A DNA stretch of 64,000 nucleotides from contig JARKSP010000102.1 of the NCBI GenBank assembly GCA_029974225.1, forward strand, positions 9,629 to 73,628, in the 5' to 3' direction. A program made the position numbers and the translations under genes. This document shows, piece after piece, positions 37,601 through 46,093 of this stretch (position 1 is the first letter of the stretch; each line of letters begins with the position of its first letter). The DNA is from Erysipelotrichaceae bacterium (lineage in GTDB: Bacteria; Bacillota_I; Bacilli_A; Erysipelotrichales; Erysipelotrichaceae). Below the pieces are notes generated by a model. The model saw nothing but the letters and a program-made list of their open reading frames with translations, made no database searches and was not told the DNA's origin.

Positions 37601-37819
37601 ATCCTCGTTAACGATGTCTATTCCGTTGATGCCGTAATAGACCGTTGAAGGTAACTGATTGTAGGTCATCTTATAGCTGACACCTACGTTATCTATCTGA
37701 CCCTCGCTTCCTAACTTTTCGATGCTTTTTGCCTTTATCATATGGATATTGGTAAAAATCATCAAAGCCGTCAGGATAATAGAAAACAGTTTTTTCATAA
37801 CTTCCTCCTGTTTATTCAT
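34673..37819 (-). CDS. large secreted FG-GAP/VCBS-type repeat protein with a C-terminal TM anchor
   Basis: 1048 aa with an N-terminal signal peptide. Seven Ca-binding-type DxDxDG loops: DVDKDGNNDF, DFNMDGIDDV, RDLNGDGKKEL, GDINGDGFDDY, ADINNDGVKEF, DLNNDGYNEI, DYNQDGLNDF. C-terminal helix VVVLAVLAVIAGFALNIY followed by basic residues. Its stop overlaps the ATPase ATG by 1 nt. Confidence 0.7.
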   Translation of the reverse strand: MNKQEEVMKKLFSIILTALMIFTNIHMIKAKSIEKLGSEGQIDNVGVSYKMTYNQLPSTVYYGINGIDIVNEDGKTHLQTEFPVLKLIIINDVDKDGNNDFLVFQNVAEFNDQLFVISSKDGSVISSTRFTHLGYNDNLGNIENNSYIFEMRFIKDKVFVLYDYKIVNINPEDCSIIYEYENRDNIWDFEVVEDKIYFIDQLGQFGILDFETGEVIEVRLITNKYDVTLRYEDSFSFTAQMSLFDIYYDGTQLYVLSEDGYICLYDFESNAFETLPIGLLSDEDFKGILSEDFIWINGPKHNPTGLHKGNFRGYKVVDDNGDYLLISCYFLDDESLATDVEFWFTQKYVLYNKAEKTMTLFGGNVALVKYGKAVFAKYEVDGEVKDVVTTVFVAEEKKMRVNIFDLQGNQLLQKDVTIDSLQPNSKYGLKYDETEGYLVEIFSNSVVKVDSRLSSVSYLYDSIYTNLEHLKDDYIILSYKVNGVAKRIVKYKTDLKTVVWTYDLDIQDKNHGFETLKYDDFNMDGIDDVIGVVISYTDKDEPRYSNYIIIDGATGAVLANRKIFLYESYDDKGKKYNVYSTSKEVSLVRDLNGDGKKELLIPEGIVATSSWTLRGSIETFFDTGGMPYAVGDINGDGFDDYISISDTRVEMWTSRVVYTYNVEYKKQSTAVTMNKDYQNLTYGTVFADINNDGVKEFVLVNRNSQGYQIFDVYDGKTFNRMYSLCQDGVSDYEAFALLDMDLNNDGYNEIYHATYYWGVYTIIDGKTGEDLTWINKFEYENHEMKDEFKYHPDYLISFMIEENPDTGLMATKDYNQDGLNDFAVLKTFYKEEDWTQSTALMIYDAKTFELLKEVKFPTVEWFERYYDVENTDRYFFIKVSNEKVLLVDLDQFNDIANYRISGEKYCLINEDTILVTTIQNDVYSLDIGESFEITTRFDEETAEYIIHIEWKTTAPYAITSIYDNNTLIAVIQEKQYDLKLTEGRHVIALVLDDGQGKGSKADFEITVLSQKTRSEYVVVLAVLAVIAGFALNIYRKAYVKKVSKEGLK

Positions 37820-37860
37820 TTGTATAATACACCCAGAATATTTTAGTTGTAAACTAGCTG

Positions 37861-38868
37861 TTATTCAGACATAAAAGCTGAATAATCTCCCTTTTCCAGA
37901 GCGTACATATATTTTTCCATAATCTCTTTCAAATCATCATATTTGTTCATCTTGGTAATTTTCGCTTTTACCCTGTTGGCATTGGTTAAACCATTGATAT
38001 ACCAGCAGGCATGCCCCCGCATTGCTTTAATACCGTTTTTTTCGCCTTTTAACTTCACCAGCTCTCTAGCATGATATAAACATTGCTCAATTTTCTCTAC
38101 ATAGTTAGGTTCTTCAGTAATTTCGCCTGTTTTATCATACTGCACCAATTGTTTTATCAGCCAGGGATTACCTAAACAGCCTCTGGCAACCATCACAAAA
38201 TCACAATTAGTCTTTTTTCTCATTTCTATATAGTCTTGAACAGTTCTGATATCGCCATTGCCGATAACCGGAACTGTAACTACTTCTTTTACCTGCCTGA
38301 TCAAATCCCAGTTAGAAAGACCTGAATAATAATCACTTCTGGTTCTTGGGTGAACAGCTATGGCGCTGACACCAGCCTTTTCCATCAGCAAGGCCATTTC
38401 TACCACGTTGATACTCTGATGACTCCAGCCGGCTCTCAGTTTTACGGTTACCGGTTTTTTTACATTTTCGACAATAGCCTTAACCAGCTGATAGGCATGC
38501 TCAGGCATCTGCATCAGAGCACACCCGGCTTTGCTTTTACAGACCTTAGTAACCGGACAGCCCATGTTTATATCAATAATATCGCAAGCCGTTTCTTTAT
38601 CTAAATAAACAGCTGCTTTGACCATCGTATCAATATCGTGGCCAAATAACTGCAGGGTTAAGGGCCTTTCTTCCTGATCGACAGCACACATTTTTAAAGT
38701 TTTCTTATTTTTAAAACAGATAGCTTTATCAGAAACCATTTCAGAGTATATTAGAGAAGCCCCAAATTCTTTGATGACAGTTCTAAAAGAACTATTACTG
38801 ATTCCAGCCATTGGCCCGACAATAATCCTGTTAGCTAAGACTACATTTCCTATTTTCAGCTCTTCCAT
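37861..38868 (-). CDS. dusB: tRNA-dihydrouridine synthase
   Basis: Dus-family motifs: PMAGISNS.FR, IDINMGCP..KV, G.GCALM, VKLRAGW, HPRTR...YSG...WD. Confidence 0.85.
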   Translation of the reverse strand: MEELKIGNVVLANRIIVGPMAGISNSSFRTVIKEFGASLIYSEMVSDKAICFKNKKTLKMCAVDQEERPLTLQLFGHDIDTMVKAAVYLDKETACDIIDINMGCPVTKVCKSKAGCALMQMPEHAYQLVKAIVENVKKPVTVKLRAGWSHQSINVVEMALLMEKAGVSAIAVHPRTRSDYYSGLSNWDLIRQVKEVVTVPVIGNGDIRTVQDYIEMRKKTNCDFVMVARGCLGNPWLIKQLVQYDKTGEITEEPNYVEKIEQCLYHARELVKLKGEKNGIKAMRGHACWYINGLTNANRVKAKITKMNKYDDLKEIMEKYMYALEKGDYSAFMSE

Positions 38869-38873
38869 CAGAC

Positions 38874-39788
38874 CTAAGCCTTACCTGCTGCTTCCCTTTG
38901 CTGTTTTTCATGGGCTATCTGAGCATTTACAAAGCCCTGCAGGGTTCCCTCATCATAATGATATTTAGTGTTGCAGAACTTGCATATTACCTCACAGCCA
39001 TGATCTTCATCAATCATTTCCTGTAAATCTTCCTTGGGCAGTCTGCTTAAAACAATTGCAAATTTTCCCTTGTTACATTCACACTTAAAACTCAACTCCT
39101 GACAGGCCAATTCCTGGTAATCATCAAAGATGGCTTTAACTATCTCTGCAGGGTCTTTCATTTCATCGATAATCTGCGAAACAGGTTTTAAATTAGCCAC
39201 TATTTCTTCAACAATCTGAATATCTCTTTCTGTTGCTGAAGGCATCATTTGAATAACCAGTGCTCCAGCTGCTTTAATCGAATAGTCTTTATCGACCATG
39301 ACACCGACACTTACTGCTGAAGGAGTCTGTTCGCTTTTCATATAGTAATAAGCAAAATCATCACCTATTTCTCCGGTTTGAAGCGGAACCTCTGAAACGA
39401 AAGGTCTTTTCATACTCATATCTTTAATCACTCTTAAAACACCATCAGTGCCAACAGCCTTGCCCACATCTAATTTCTGCGGGTCTTCTTCTTTATAAAC
39501 TTCAACATATGGATTAGTTACAAATCCTCTGACCGTACCATCATGGTAGGCGTCAACAACCATCATGCCCAAAGGACCTTTGCCATCTATCTGAATTTCA
39601 ATTTTTTCCTTTTTATCTTTCAGCATTGTTCCCATAATGCATCCGACCGAAAGTGTTCTGCCCAGAGCTGCTGCTGCAGTCGGCAGACAATTATGTCTGG
39701 TTACCGCTTCCTGAACCAGTTTTGTTGTACGACAGCAAAATACTCTGATGTTGCCGTTTAAGGCAGTTCCTCTTGATAATCTATCCAT
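38874..39788 (-). CDS. hslO: redox-regulated chaperone Hsp33
   Basis: 304 aa with the C-terminal zinc centre CEC...CKFCNTKY (CxC...CxxC) and an Hsp33 N-terminal domain. Confidence 0.9.
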   Translation of the reverse strand: MDRLSRGTALNGNIRVFCCRTTKLVQEAVTRHNCLPTAAAALGRTLSVGCIMGTMLKDKKEKIEIQIDGKGPLGMMVVDAYHDGTVRGFVTNPYVEVYKEEDPQKLDVGKAVGTDGVLRVIKDMSMKRPFVSEVPLQTGEIGDDFAYYYMKSEQTPSAVSVGVMVDKDYSIKAAGALVIQMMPSATERDIQIVEEIVANLKPVSQIIDEMKDPAEIVKAIFDDYQELACQELSFKCECNKGKFAIVLSRLPKEDLQEMIDEDHGCEVICKFCNTKYHYDEGTLQGFVNAQIAHEKQQREAAGKA

Positions 39789-39838
39789 CCTAACTCCTTT
39801 CGTTTAAGACAGCTGACAAAATCCTGTCAGCTGTATTT

Positions 39839-41707
39839 TTATTTTTCAGTTTCTACATTTTCAACTATCTGTTCTACTGGAGCCTCTTTGGTACCATATT
39901 TTATAATATTATCCAAATCTTCTTTCGTCAGGGTTTCATGCTCCAATAGTGCCTCAACAATATTGTCTAAATCTTCACGATGTTTGGTAATAATTTCTTG
40001 TGCCTGTCTGTAGGCTCTGTCAATGATTTTTCTTACTTCCTCATCAATTTCAGTAGCTACTTTCTCTGAATTGCTCTTATTGGCGGTGTAGTCTCTTCCC
40101 AGAAAGACGTTTCCGTCTTCTCTTGAATATTGAATAGGTCCTAATGATGACATACCAAATGAGCTAACCATGGCCTGAGCAATTTTTGTTGCTCTTTCAA
40201 TATCATTGGTAGCACCGGTTGAAATCTCATTCAGCACTAATTCTTCAGCCACTCTTCCACCCAGTAGACCGCAGATCTGACCTTCAAGTTCGCTCTTGGT
40301 TGATAACATCGTATCTTCTTTCGGAGTCATCAGATTATAGCCGCCCGCATCCCCGCGAGGGATGATAGTAACCTTTTGTACTACATTGGCTGCTTCCAGG
40401 AATATGCCGATAACTGCATGTCCTGCTTCATGAACAGCCACCAGTTTCTTTTCTTTATCGGTGTACTTTCTGCTTTTCTTAGCTGGGCCAGCCAATGTTC
40501 TGTCAATGCCTTCATCCAAGTCAATCATTTTGATTCTGTCGTGGTTGTTTCTTACTGCCATAATAGCTGCTTCATTTAGGACGTTTTCTAAATCAGCACC
40601 AGAAAAGCCTGGAGTTCTAGAAGCTAATGCTTCTAAATCAATATCGTCATCAAACTTTTTATTTCTGGCATGAACTTCTAAAATAGCTTTTCTTCCTTTT
40701 TTATCTGGTAATGAAACCGTAATCTGACGGTCAAATCGACCTGGTCTCAGTAAAGCCGGGTCCAGAACATCCGGTCTGTTGGTAGCAGCAATAATAACGA
40801 TGCCGGCATTTTCTCCAATGCCATCCATTTCCACCAGCAACTGGTTTAAGGTTTGTTCTCTTTCGTCGTTTCCGCCACCTAAGCCTGCTCCACGCTGTCT
40901 GCCGACAGCATCAATCTCATCGATGAAAACAATGCATGGAGCTGTCTTTTGAGCTGTTTTAAACATATCTCTGACTCTGCTGGCTCCCACACCAACAAAC
41001 ATTTCGACAAAATCTGAACCAGATATTGAGTAAAACGGTACATCAGCCTCACCAGCGACAGCTTTTGCCAGCAGGGTTTTACCGGTTCCCGGAGCACCTA
41101 CCATTAGAACTCCCTTAGGAATTCTGGCTCCCATCTTGGTAAAGCGGGCAGGATTTCTCAGGTATTCAATAATTTCTGCCATTTCTTCTTTTTCTTCTTC
41201 ACAGCCGGCAACATCGTTAAAATTAACTTTGATATTTCCTTCCAGTCTGGCTCTTGATTTAGAAAACTCAAAAGCCTTGTTATTTGAGCCGGCATTCATT
41301 CTGCTGATCATCATCACACCAAAACCAACCAAAAGCAGCATCGGTATCAGCTCAGCAAAGAGTTCGGCCACATAATTGGTCTGGTATGGATTTCTGATTT
41401 TAATATTAGCATCAGTAACCTTCTCTGTCAGAAGTGCCATTAAATCGTCGTTCTGTTGCTGCGTGTTAGGCAAAGTAGCAACAAAGGTATATTCAACATC
41501 TTTTTCTATATAAACGCCGGTAATATCAATTACTGTTGAGTTCATCGTCAATACTACCGATTCAATTTTCTTTGTCTCTAATATTTTGACAAATTCTCCA
41601 TAATTCACTGCCGTGGTTCTACTGGAACCAACAAACAGAAATAAGTTAGAAATAAGAATTGCCGCTAACAGATAAGGGATGATGTTAAACCATCTTCTAT
41701 TTTTCAC
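39839..41707 (-). CDS. ftsH: ATP-dependent zinc metalloprotease FtsH
   Basis: Two N-terminal TM helices, Walker A GAPGTGKT, Walker [32 protein letters not shown], and zinc site HEAGHA. Confidence 0.95.
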   Translation of the reverse strand: MKNRRWFNIIPYLLAAILISNLFLFVGSSRTTAVNYGEFVKILETKKIESVVLTMNSTVIDITGVYIEKDVEYTFVATLPNTQQQNDDLMALLTEKVTDANIKIRNPYQTNYVAELFAELIPMLLLVGFGVMMISRMNAGSNNKAFEFSKSRARLEGNIKVNFNDVAGCEEEKEEMAEIIEYLRNPARFTKMGARIPKGVLMVGAPGTGKTLLAKAVAGEADVPFYSISGSDFVEMFVGVGASRVRDMFKTAQKTAPCIVFIDEIDAVGRQRGAGLGGGNDEREQTLNQLLVEMDGIGENAGIVIIAATNRPDVLDPALLRPGRFDRQITVSLPDKKGRKAILEVHARNKKFDDDIDLEALASRTPGFSGADLENVLNEAAIMAVRNNHDRIKMIDLDEGIDRTLAGPAKKSRKYTDKEKKLVAVHEAGHAVIGIFLEAANVVQKVTIIPRGDAGGYNLMTPKEDTMLSTKSELEGQICGLLGGRVAEELVLNEISTGATNDIERATKIAQAMVSSFGMSSLGPIQYSREDGNVFLGRDYTANKSNSEKVATEIDEEVRKIIDRAYRQAQEIITKHREDLDNIVEALLEHETLTKEDLDNIIKYGTKEAPVEQIVENVETEK

Positions 41708-41722
41708 TTTAGTTTTCTCCTT

Positions 41723-42259
41723 CTAGTAACATTCTTCTTTTAAAACTCCTACGTATGGAAGGTTACGATACCTCTGATTGAAGTCTAAACCAAATCCGAT
41801 AACAAATTCGTTTTCTATTTCAAAGCCGACATAGTCAGCTTGTACATCACAGATTCTTCTAGATTGTTTATTCAGTAAAGCAACCACTTTAACATTGCTG
41901 GCACCCTTATGATATAACAATTCTTTTATTTTCTTAATTGTCAGGCCCGTGTCAATAATGTCTTCAATGACCACAATATCGGTATCAATAATTGAGCAGT
42001 CCAAGTCCTTGATAATTTTGATATCGCCCAGTGATTCAGTCCCTGAATAGCTGCTGGCAGCGATAAAGTCAATTTCAATATCAATAGAAACATGTTTAAT
42101 CAGTTCGGCCATAAAAGGAATTGACCCTTTCAGAATTCCAACAAATAAAACTTTGCGCGGATTATTCTGATACTTTTCAGATAATTTCTGACCCAGCTGT
42201 TTACATCTTTCAACTATCTGCTGCTCACTTATAAGAATCTTTTTACAATCCTGATGCAT
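41723..42259 (-). CDS. hpt: hypoxanthine phosphoribosyltransferase
   Basis: PRPP loop VVIEDIIDTGLT. 178 aa in the conserved tilS-hpt-ftsH order. Confidence 0.9.
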   Translation of the reverse strand: MHQDCKKILISEQQIVERCKQLGQKLSEKYQNNPRKVLFVGILKGSIPFMAELIKHVSIDIEIDFIAASSYSGTESLGDIKIIKDLDCSIIDTDIVVIEDIIDTGLTIKKIKELLYHKGASNVKVVALLNKQSRRICDVQADYVGFEIENEFVIGFGLDFNQRYRNLPYVGVLKEECY

Positions 42260-42290
42260 AAAAATAACCTCTCTTTTAATGTAACATTAA

Positions 42291-43517
42291 CTATTTTATC
42301 ATAAATAAATTAGGTTTAATAGAGTAATGATTTACATCACAGCCAATATCTTTCACAAATATAACCTGACCATTATTATTGACAATTACCGGCCAGCTTA
42401 TTCTGTCCTTATACAGTACTTTTCTATCAATTAAAAAACGATTTACTTTTTTATGCCCGTATCGCAACTGGATTTTATCCTGCGGCTGATAATTTCTGAT
42501 AGTTATAGGAAAGTCCTCTTTTGTTACTGTCAGCTGTTGAATTACCTTTCCCTGATCTGACAAAGTAAAATAATCGTTTTCCAGATACTCTATCTTATCA
42601 AGAATAAATTTAAAGTCATCACGTTTTTTGCAGCAGTACAGTAAACCGTATTCACAGACCATAAGTTTATCTTCATCTATTTCACATTTGAATCCCTGGC
42701 TGGAACTTTCAATTTTTTCTTTCAGATCAGCAATAAAATCCGTAGAAAAACTTTTCTCCGGACAGATTTGGTTCAGCAGATATCTTAAGATTATTGTTTT
42801 TATTCTGCTATCTTCTTTAAGAAATTCAGTAATTGCTATTTCTTTATCAAAATCATATTTTTCTTTTATATAATCAAGGTCTTTTTTCAATTCTCTATTT
42901 TTCTCGGCGATTTCCTGCTGTAGCAGTCTAATCTCTTCTGCAGTTAATTTTTCCAGCTGTTCATGTCTGATTCTATTTCTGGTATATTGGTAGGACAGAT
43001 TTGTTTCATCCACTGCAAAATCGACCTTGTTATCAAGACAGTACTTTTCTATTTCTTTTTTTCTCAGCCTGATTAAGGGTCTGATTATTCTCATGCCGTG
43101 ATGATAAGTTTCTTCACTGATACCATAATACCAGCCCCTTGATCCTCTTTCTCTGCTAATCAGATAATTTTCCAGCGAGTCATCCAAGTGATGAGCCAGA
43201 AGCAGACCGTCACAACTTTCTAAATCATAGATTTTCTTAAAAAAACTATATCTGACTTCTCTGGCCCAGGCCTGAAAATTCTTCCTGTCAGTTTTAGTCG
43301 GATAGTCAACATAAAAAGGGATTTCGTGTTTTCTACAAAAATCACTTACTAATTTTTCGTCCCTGTCAGAAGTCGCTCTCATTCTGTAGTTTACATGAGC
43401 AGCCACTACATCATAGCCTTGTTTCACACACAGAGAAAGCAGCATCATCGAATCACTTCCGCCTGATACAGCCACTAAATACTTCTGGTGTTTCTTTAAA
43501 TCCAAACTAATGCTCAT
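42291..43517 (-). CDS. tilS: tRNA(Ile)-lysidine synthetase
   Basis: PP-loop VAVSGGSDS and LAHHLDD. Position upstream of hpt-ftsH supports the call. Confidence 0.9.
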   Translation of the reverse strand: MSISLDLKKHQKYLVAVSGGSDSMMLLSLCVKQGYDVVAAHVNYRMRATSDRDEKLVSDFCRKHEIPFYVDYPTKTDRKNFQAWAREVRYSFFKKIYDLESCDGLLLAHHLDDSLENYLISRERGSRGWYYGISEETYHHGMRIIRPLIRLRKKEIEKYCLDNKVDFAVDETNLSYQYTRNRIRHEQLEKLTAEEIRLLQQEIAEKNRELKKDLDYIKEKYDFDKEIAITEFLKEDSRIKTIILRYLLNQICPEKSFSTDFIADLKEKIESSSQGFKCEIDEDKLMVCEYGLLYCCKKRDDFKFILDKIEYLENDYFTLSDQGKVIQQLTVTKEDFPITIRNYQPQDKIQLRYGHKKVNRFLIDRKVLYKDRISWPVIVNNNGQVIFVKDIGCDVNHYSIKPNLFMIK

Positions 43518-43524
43518 GTAGTAA

Positions 43525-44097
43525 TTATAGCACTATTTCTTCAAACTGAACTGTTTGCAGAAAGCGCCGATATATTTTTCTGAATAATGGTGAATCAGTA
43601 TCTATATGAGCCTTGATATCTATAATTCTGGCAGTATTTATATATTTCACATCATTTAAAAACAAGACCGAGTATCTGTTTAGCCCTTTAACAAGTCCCA
43701 GCCTCATCAGATGCGAGGAACCGTCAGGATTGTTTTTTTCATCATAGGCACTGTAATAGGCCTCAGAATTGGATGTCATCGGAATGACCAGTGCTTTAGA
43801 ATTAAACATTTTTAAAACCAGCCCAAAGTGCAGAAAGCCTGTTTCTGAAAGATACTGTCTGCCAAAATCAATAAAACAGATGTCACCAGCACTGATGACC
43901 ATCCCATACTTGATACAGGATTTAAGCTTTGACCTTTCCAGATAATTGCATTCACTTATCAGACGCTCTTTTAATTCCAGATAATTCTGCCTTATCAAAT
44001 CCTCTTTTTCCTGTTCTAAATATTCATTTATCGCCCTGTCCAGTTTCCTTTCATTTTTTTCCAGACTAACCAGTTCTGTCAAATTAAAACCAACCAT
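43525..44097 (-). CDS. MazF/PemK-like fold protein with a ~65-aa coiled-coil N-terminal extension
   Basis: C-terminal region: GDICFIDFGRQYLSETGFLHFGLVL...ALVIPMTSN...SVLFLNDVKYINTARII. This follows the PemK pattern GD....DF......E..G.RP.lVl....viP.TS.....v...Q.r.i...Ri. The N-terminus is heptad-like and charged. Confidence 0.5.
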   Translation of the reverse strand: MVGFNLTELVSLEKNERKLDRAINEYLEQEKEDLIRQNYLELKERLISECNYLERSKLKSCIKYGMVISAGDICFIDFGRQYLSETGFLHFGLVLKMFNSKALVIPMTSNSEAYYSAYDEKNNPDGSSHLMRLGLVKGLNRYSVLFLNDVKYINTARIIDIKAHIDTDSPLFRKIYRRFLQTVQFEEIVL

Positions 44098-44153
44098 ATA
44101 AAAACCCCCTAATATCTTATTAGTGGGCTTTTCATCTTTTTCCTAAAAATATT

Positions 44154-44357
44154 TTATGTTCGATAGATAATCGCCAGAATAAACTGCGCTGACAGAAATC
44201 CGAGAGCCATTGACAGTAAAATTATCAGAAACTGCGCTTTAGCAACTCTATTTTCTACCGGTAGCAGAATCTTAGCTAAATCCAGACTGCTTAAACAATA
44301 AAAGCTGGCGATAAACATAATGAAATGCAGTGCGATTCTAGTTATTTCTTTGGCCAT
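44154..44357 (-). CDS. small two-TM membrane protein (DUF1146/YwzB-like)
   Basis: 67 aa. The pattern of two hydrophobic helices separated by LLPVENRVAKAQ resembles B. subtilis YwzB. Confidence 0.5.
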   Translation of the reverse strand: MAKEITRIALHFIMFIASFYCLSSLDLAKILLPVENRVAKAQFLIILLSMALGFLSAQFILAIIYRT

Positions 44358-45031
44358 ATCTGCTTGATCCTCTCTTTCTTATCTTCATCAATGCGATAGG
44401 AATCTCTGATTTTTCCTTTAAAGTACCTGATAGTCTCTTCATCCATCTTTATTATAACATCAATAACTTTGTCAAAGTATTTAATGGCTGCTGTAGCAAG
44501 CAGCCAGCTGTTGGCCATTTTTACCGCGTACTTTCGATCCTTCAGTATTTCACTGTATTTTAGAATTTCATCAATGTACTGATCATTAAGATACAGGTTC
44601 ATTGATAAACATAGAACAAATCTTTCGATATAGGGTTTTTCTTGCAATAGCATCTGATTATTCTTATATTCATTTAACATTTTCCAGCCATTCTGATAGT
44701 CTTTATCCTTGAGTTTAAAACTGCTGGCAAAACTGTCAATCAGACTCCAGTTATCACATTTGCGCAGATAATTGTCAATCAGTATCTTCTTAACTTCAAA
44801 ATCTGTTTTCAGATAGGCTACAACAAATCCCTGAAGCATTATTTCTTCAAAGGTATCATCACTTAGTCTGGATAATGCATCAGCTCCAAATCTGTTAACC
44901 AGATCTTTAGCATATTTTCTCAGTTTGGGAAGTCGGATTCCCAGAATATCATATCGGGTTTTGACCAGTCGAACACTGAAATCTTTAAATTCTGTTTCGC
45001 TATTATCTTTCAGCCATTTACTAATGTTCAT
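44342..45031 (-). CDS. DNA alkylation repair protein (AlkD-like HEAT-repeat family)
   Basis: The ATG at 45031 gives MNISKWLKDNSETEFKDFSVRLVKT.YDILGIRLPKLRKYAKDL, typical of the family. A TGTTATAAT -10 element ends 6 nt upstream of the ATG, suggesting a possibly leaderless transcript. Confidence 0.7.
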   Translation of the reverse strand: MNISKWLKDNSETEFKDFSVRLVKTRYDILGIRLPKLRKYAKDLVNRFGADALSRLSDDTFEEIMLQGFVVAYLKTDFEVKKILIDNYLRKCDNWSLIDSFASSFKLKDKDYQNGWKMLNEYKNNQMLLQEKPYIERFVLCLSMNLYLNDQYIDEILKYSEILKDRKYAVKMANSWLLATAAIKYFDKVIDVIIKMDEETIRYFKGKIRDSYRIDEDKKERIKQIWPKK

Positions 45032-45049
45032 GACAATATTATAACACAC

Positions 45050-45073
45050 AAAAAAAGACAGGTTTCCCTGTCT
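45050..45073 (-). terminator. intrinsic terminator after hsp20
   Basis: Minus strand: AGACAGG-GAAA-CCUGUCU followed by U7. Confidence 0.75.
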
Positions 45074-45082
45074 TGCGAATAA

Positions 45083-45496
45083 TTAACCAATACTGATATA
45101 CTTTGTTTTTTCTTCCAGTTTCAGCTGTTCTTTAGGTACATTAATTGACAGGACTCCGTCATTGAATTTAGCCTGAATCAGATCCTGGTCAACGTTACCA
45201 ACGTAGAAGCTTCTTGACTGGCTGCCATAGAATCTTTCCCTGTGGACAACCTTATCGGTAGAATCGTCTCTCTCTACCACTTTATGAGCTTCTACTTTCA
45301 GATAGCCATCATCTAAAGATAATTTGACATCATCTTTGCAGTAGCCTGCCAATTCGATTTCTAGTACGTATTCATTCTCTTTTTCAATTACATCAGTTTT
45401 CATACTTGTATTGGTATTGGTTGTAACAAATGACGGACTAAAGAAATCGTCAAACAACATTTTTTCTAATCTTCTTGGTCTTAAATAATTAAACAT
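45083..45496 (-). CDS. Hsp20/alpha-crystallin small heat-shock protein
   Basis: 137 aa: DV.E.ENEY.LE.ELAG..K.DV.L....GYL.V.A....ER.YG...R.F.....D......A.F.DGVL.I..PK. Confidence 0.9.
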   Translation of the reverse strand: MFNYLRPRRLEKMLFDDFFSPSFVTTNTNTSMKTDVIEKENEYVLEIELAGYCKDDVKLSLDDGYLKVEAHKVVERDDSTDKVVHRERFYGSQSRSFYVGNVDQDLIQAKFNDGVLSINVPKEQLKLEEKTKYISIG

Positions 45497-45514
45497 ACAA
45501 TCACTCCTTTTTCA

Positions 45515-45541
45515 TTAGCACTCACCATACCCTAGTGCCAA
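45515..45541. promoter_or_regulatory. degenerate CIRCE-like inverted repeat (proximal to hsp20)
   Basis: TTAGCACTC-ACCATACCC-TAGTGCCAA. The left arm is perfect. The right arm has 2 mismatches to GAGTGCTAA. Confidence 0.5.
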
Positions 45542-45561
45542 TTTTATTATAGCAGTTGTTT

Positions 45562-45588
45562 TTAGCACTGTCAACCCTTGAGTGCTAA
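45562..45588. promoter_or_regulatory. CIRCE operator (HrcA binding site)
   Basis: TTAGCACTG-TCAACCCTT-GAGTGCTAA, compared with the consensus TTAGCACTC-N9-GAGTGCTAA (1 mismatch). Confidence 0.75.
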
Positions 45589-45652
45589 TTTCTCTTATAT
45601 TTATTTTTTAAAAAATATTGTATAATATAAGTGAATTATAGGAGGTTTAGTT

Positions 45653-45994
45653 ATGCCAGACTCATTCTTTAAATTATTTTCAATTATAATCCCCCTTATC
45701 TATTACTTATTTTTCTTCTTTTTTATCTACGTGGTTATTTTGGCGTTAAGAGCAAACTCTCAGACAAACAGGGTCAGAAAAAATGTTTCTTCACAAATGG
45801 ATAATATTTTTTCACAAATAAGCAAAACTTTAAATCCTGAACCAAAAAAGGAAGAAAAGAATTCCCGCAATGAATTCTTTAAAATGCAGAAAAACTATTC
45901 AAGTAAAAACGTAGATAGTTTCACTTACAAGAAAGAAAGCGTTAAAGATGCATCATTATCTGAAGCGGAAAGAAATGTCCTTTATGGTAAATAA
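45653..45994 (+). CDS. hypothetical membrane protein
   Basis: 113 aa with AGGAGG SD, one N-terminal TM helix and a basic/polar tail. Confidence 0.4.
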   Translation: MPDSFFKLFSIIIPLIYYLFFFFFIYVVILALRANSQTNRVRKNVSSQMDNIFSQISKTLNPEPKKEEKNSRNEFFKMQKNYSSKNVDSFTYKKESVKDASLSEAERNVLYGK

Positions 45995-46032
45995 AGAACA
46001 GCTTTAACGTTATTTAATAATTCTTTAGTTAA

Positions 46033-46057
46033 GGTGACACAAAAGTGTGTCACTTTT
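46033..46057 (+). terminator. intrinsic terminator
   Basis: GTGACAC-AAAAGT-GTGTCAC followed by T5. Confidence 0.65.
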
Positions 46058-46093
46058 TATTTTGCCTACCTTTTATCATTTATAAAAATAAGA

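Noticed and set aside
39812-39837. Hairpin ACAGCTGACA-N6-TGTCAGCTGT between ftsH and hslO, considered as a terminator.
   Set aside because: On the coding (minus) strand it is not followed by a U-run, and hslO starts 24 nt later. It is more likely an intercistronic stem-loop than a terminator, so I did not list it as a feature.
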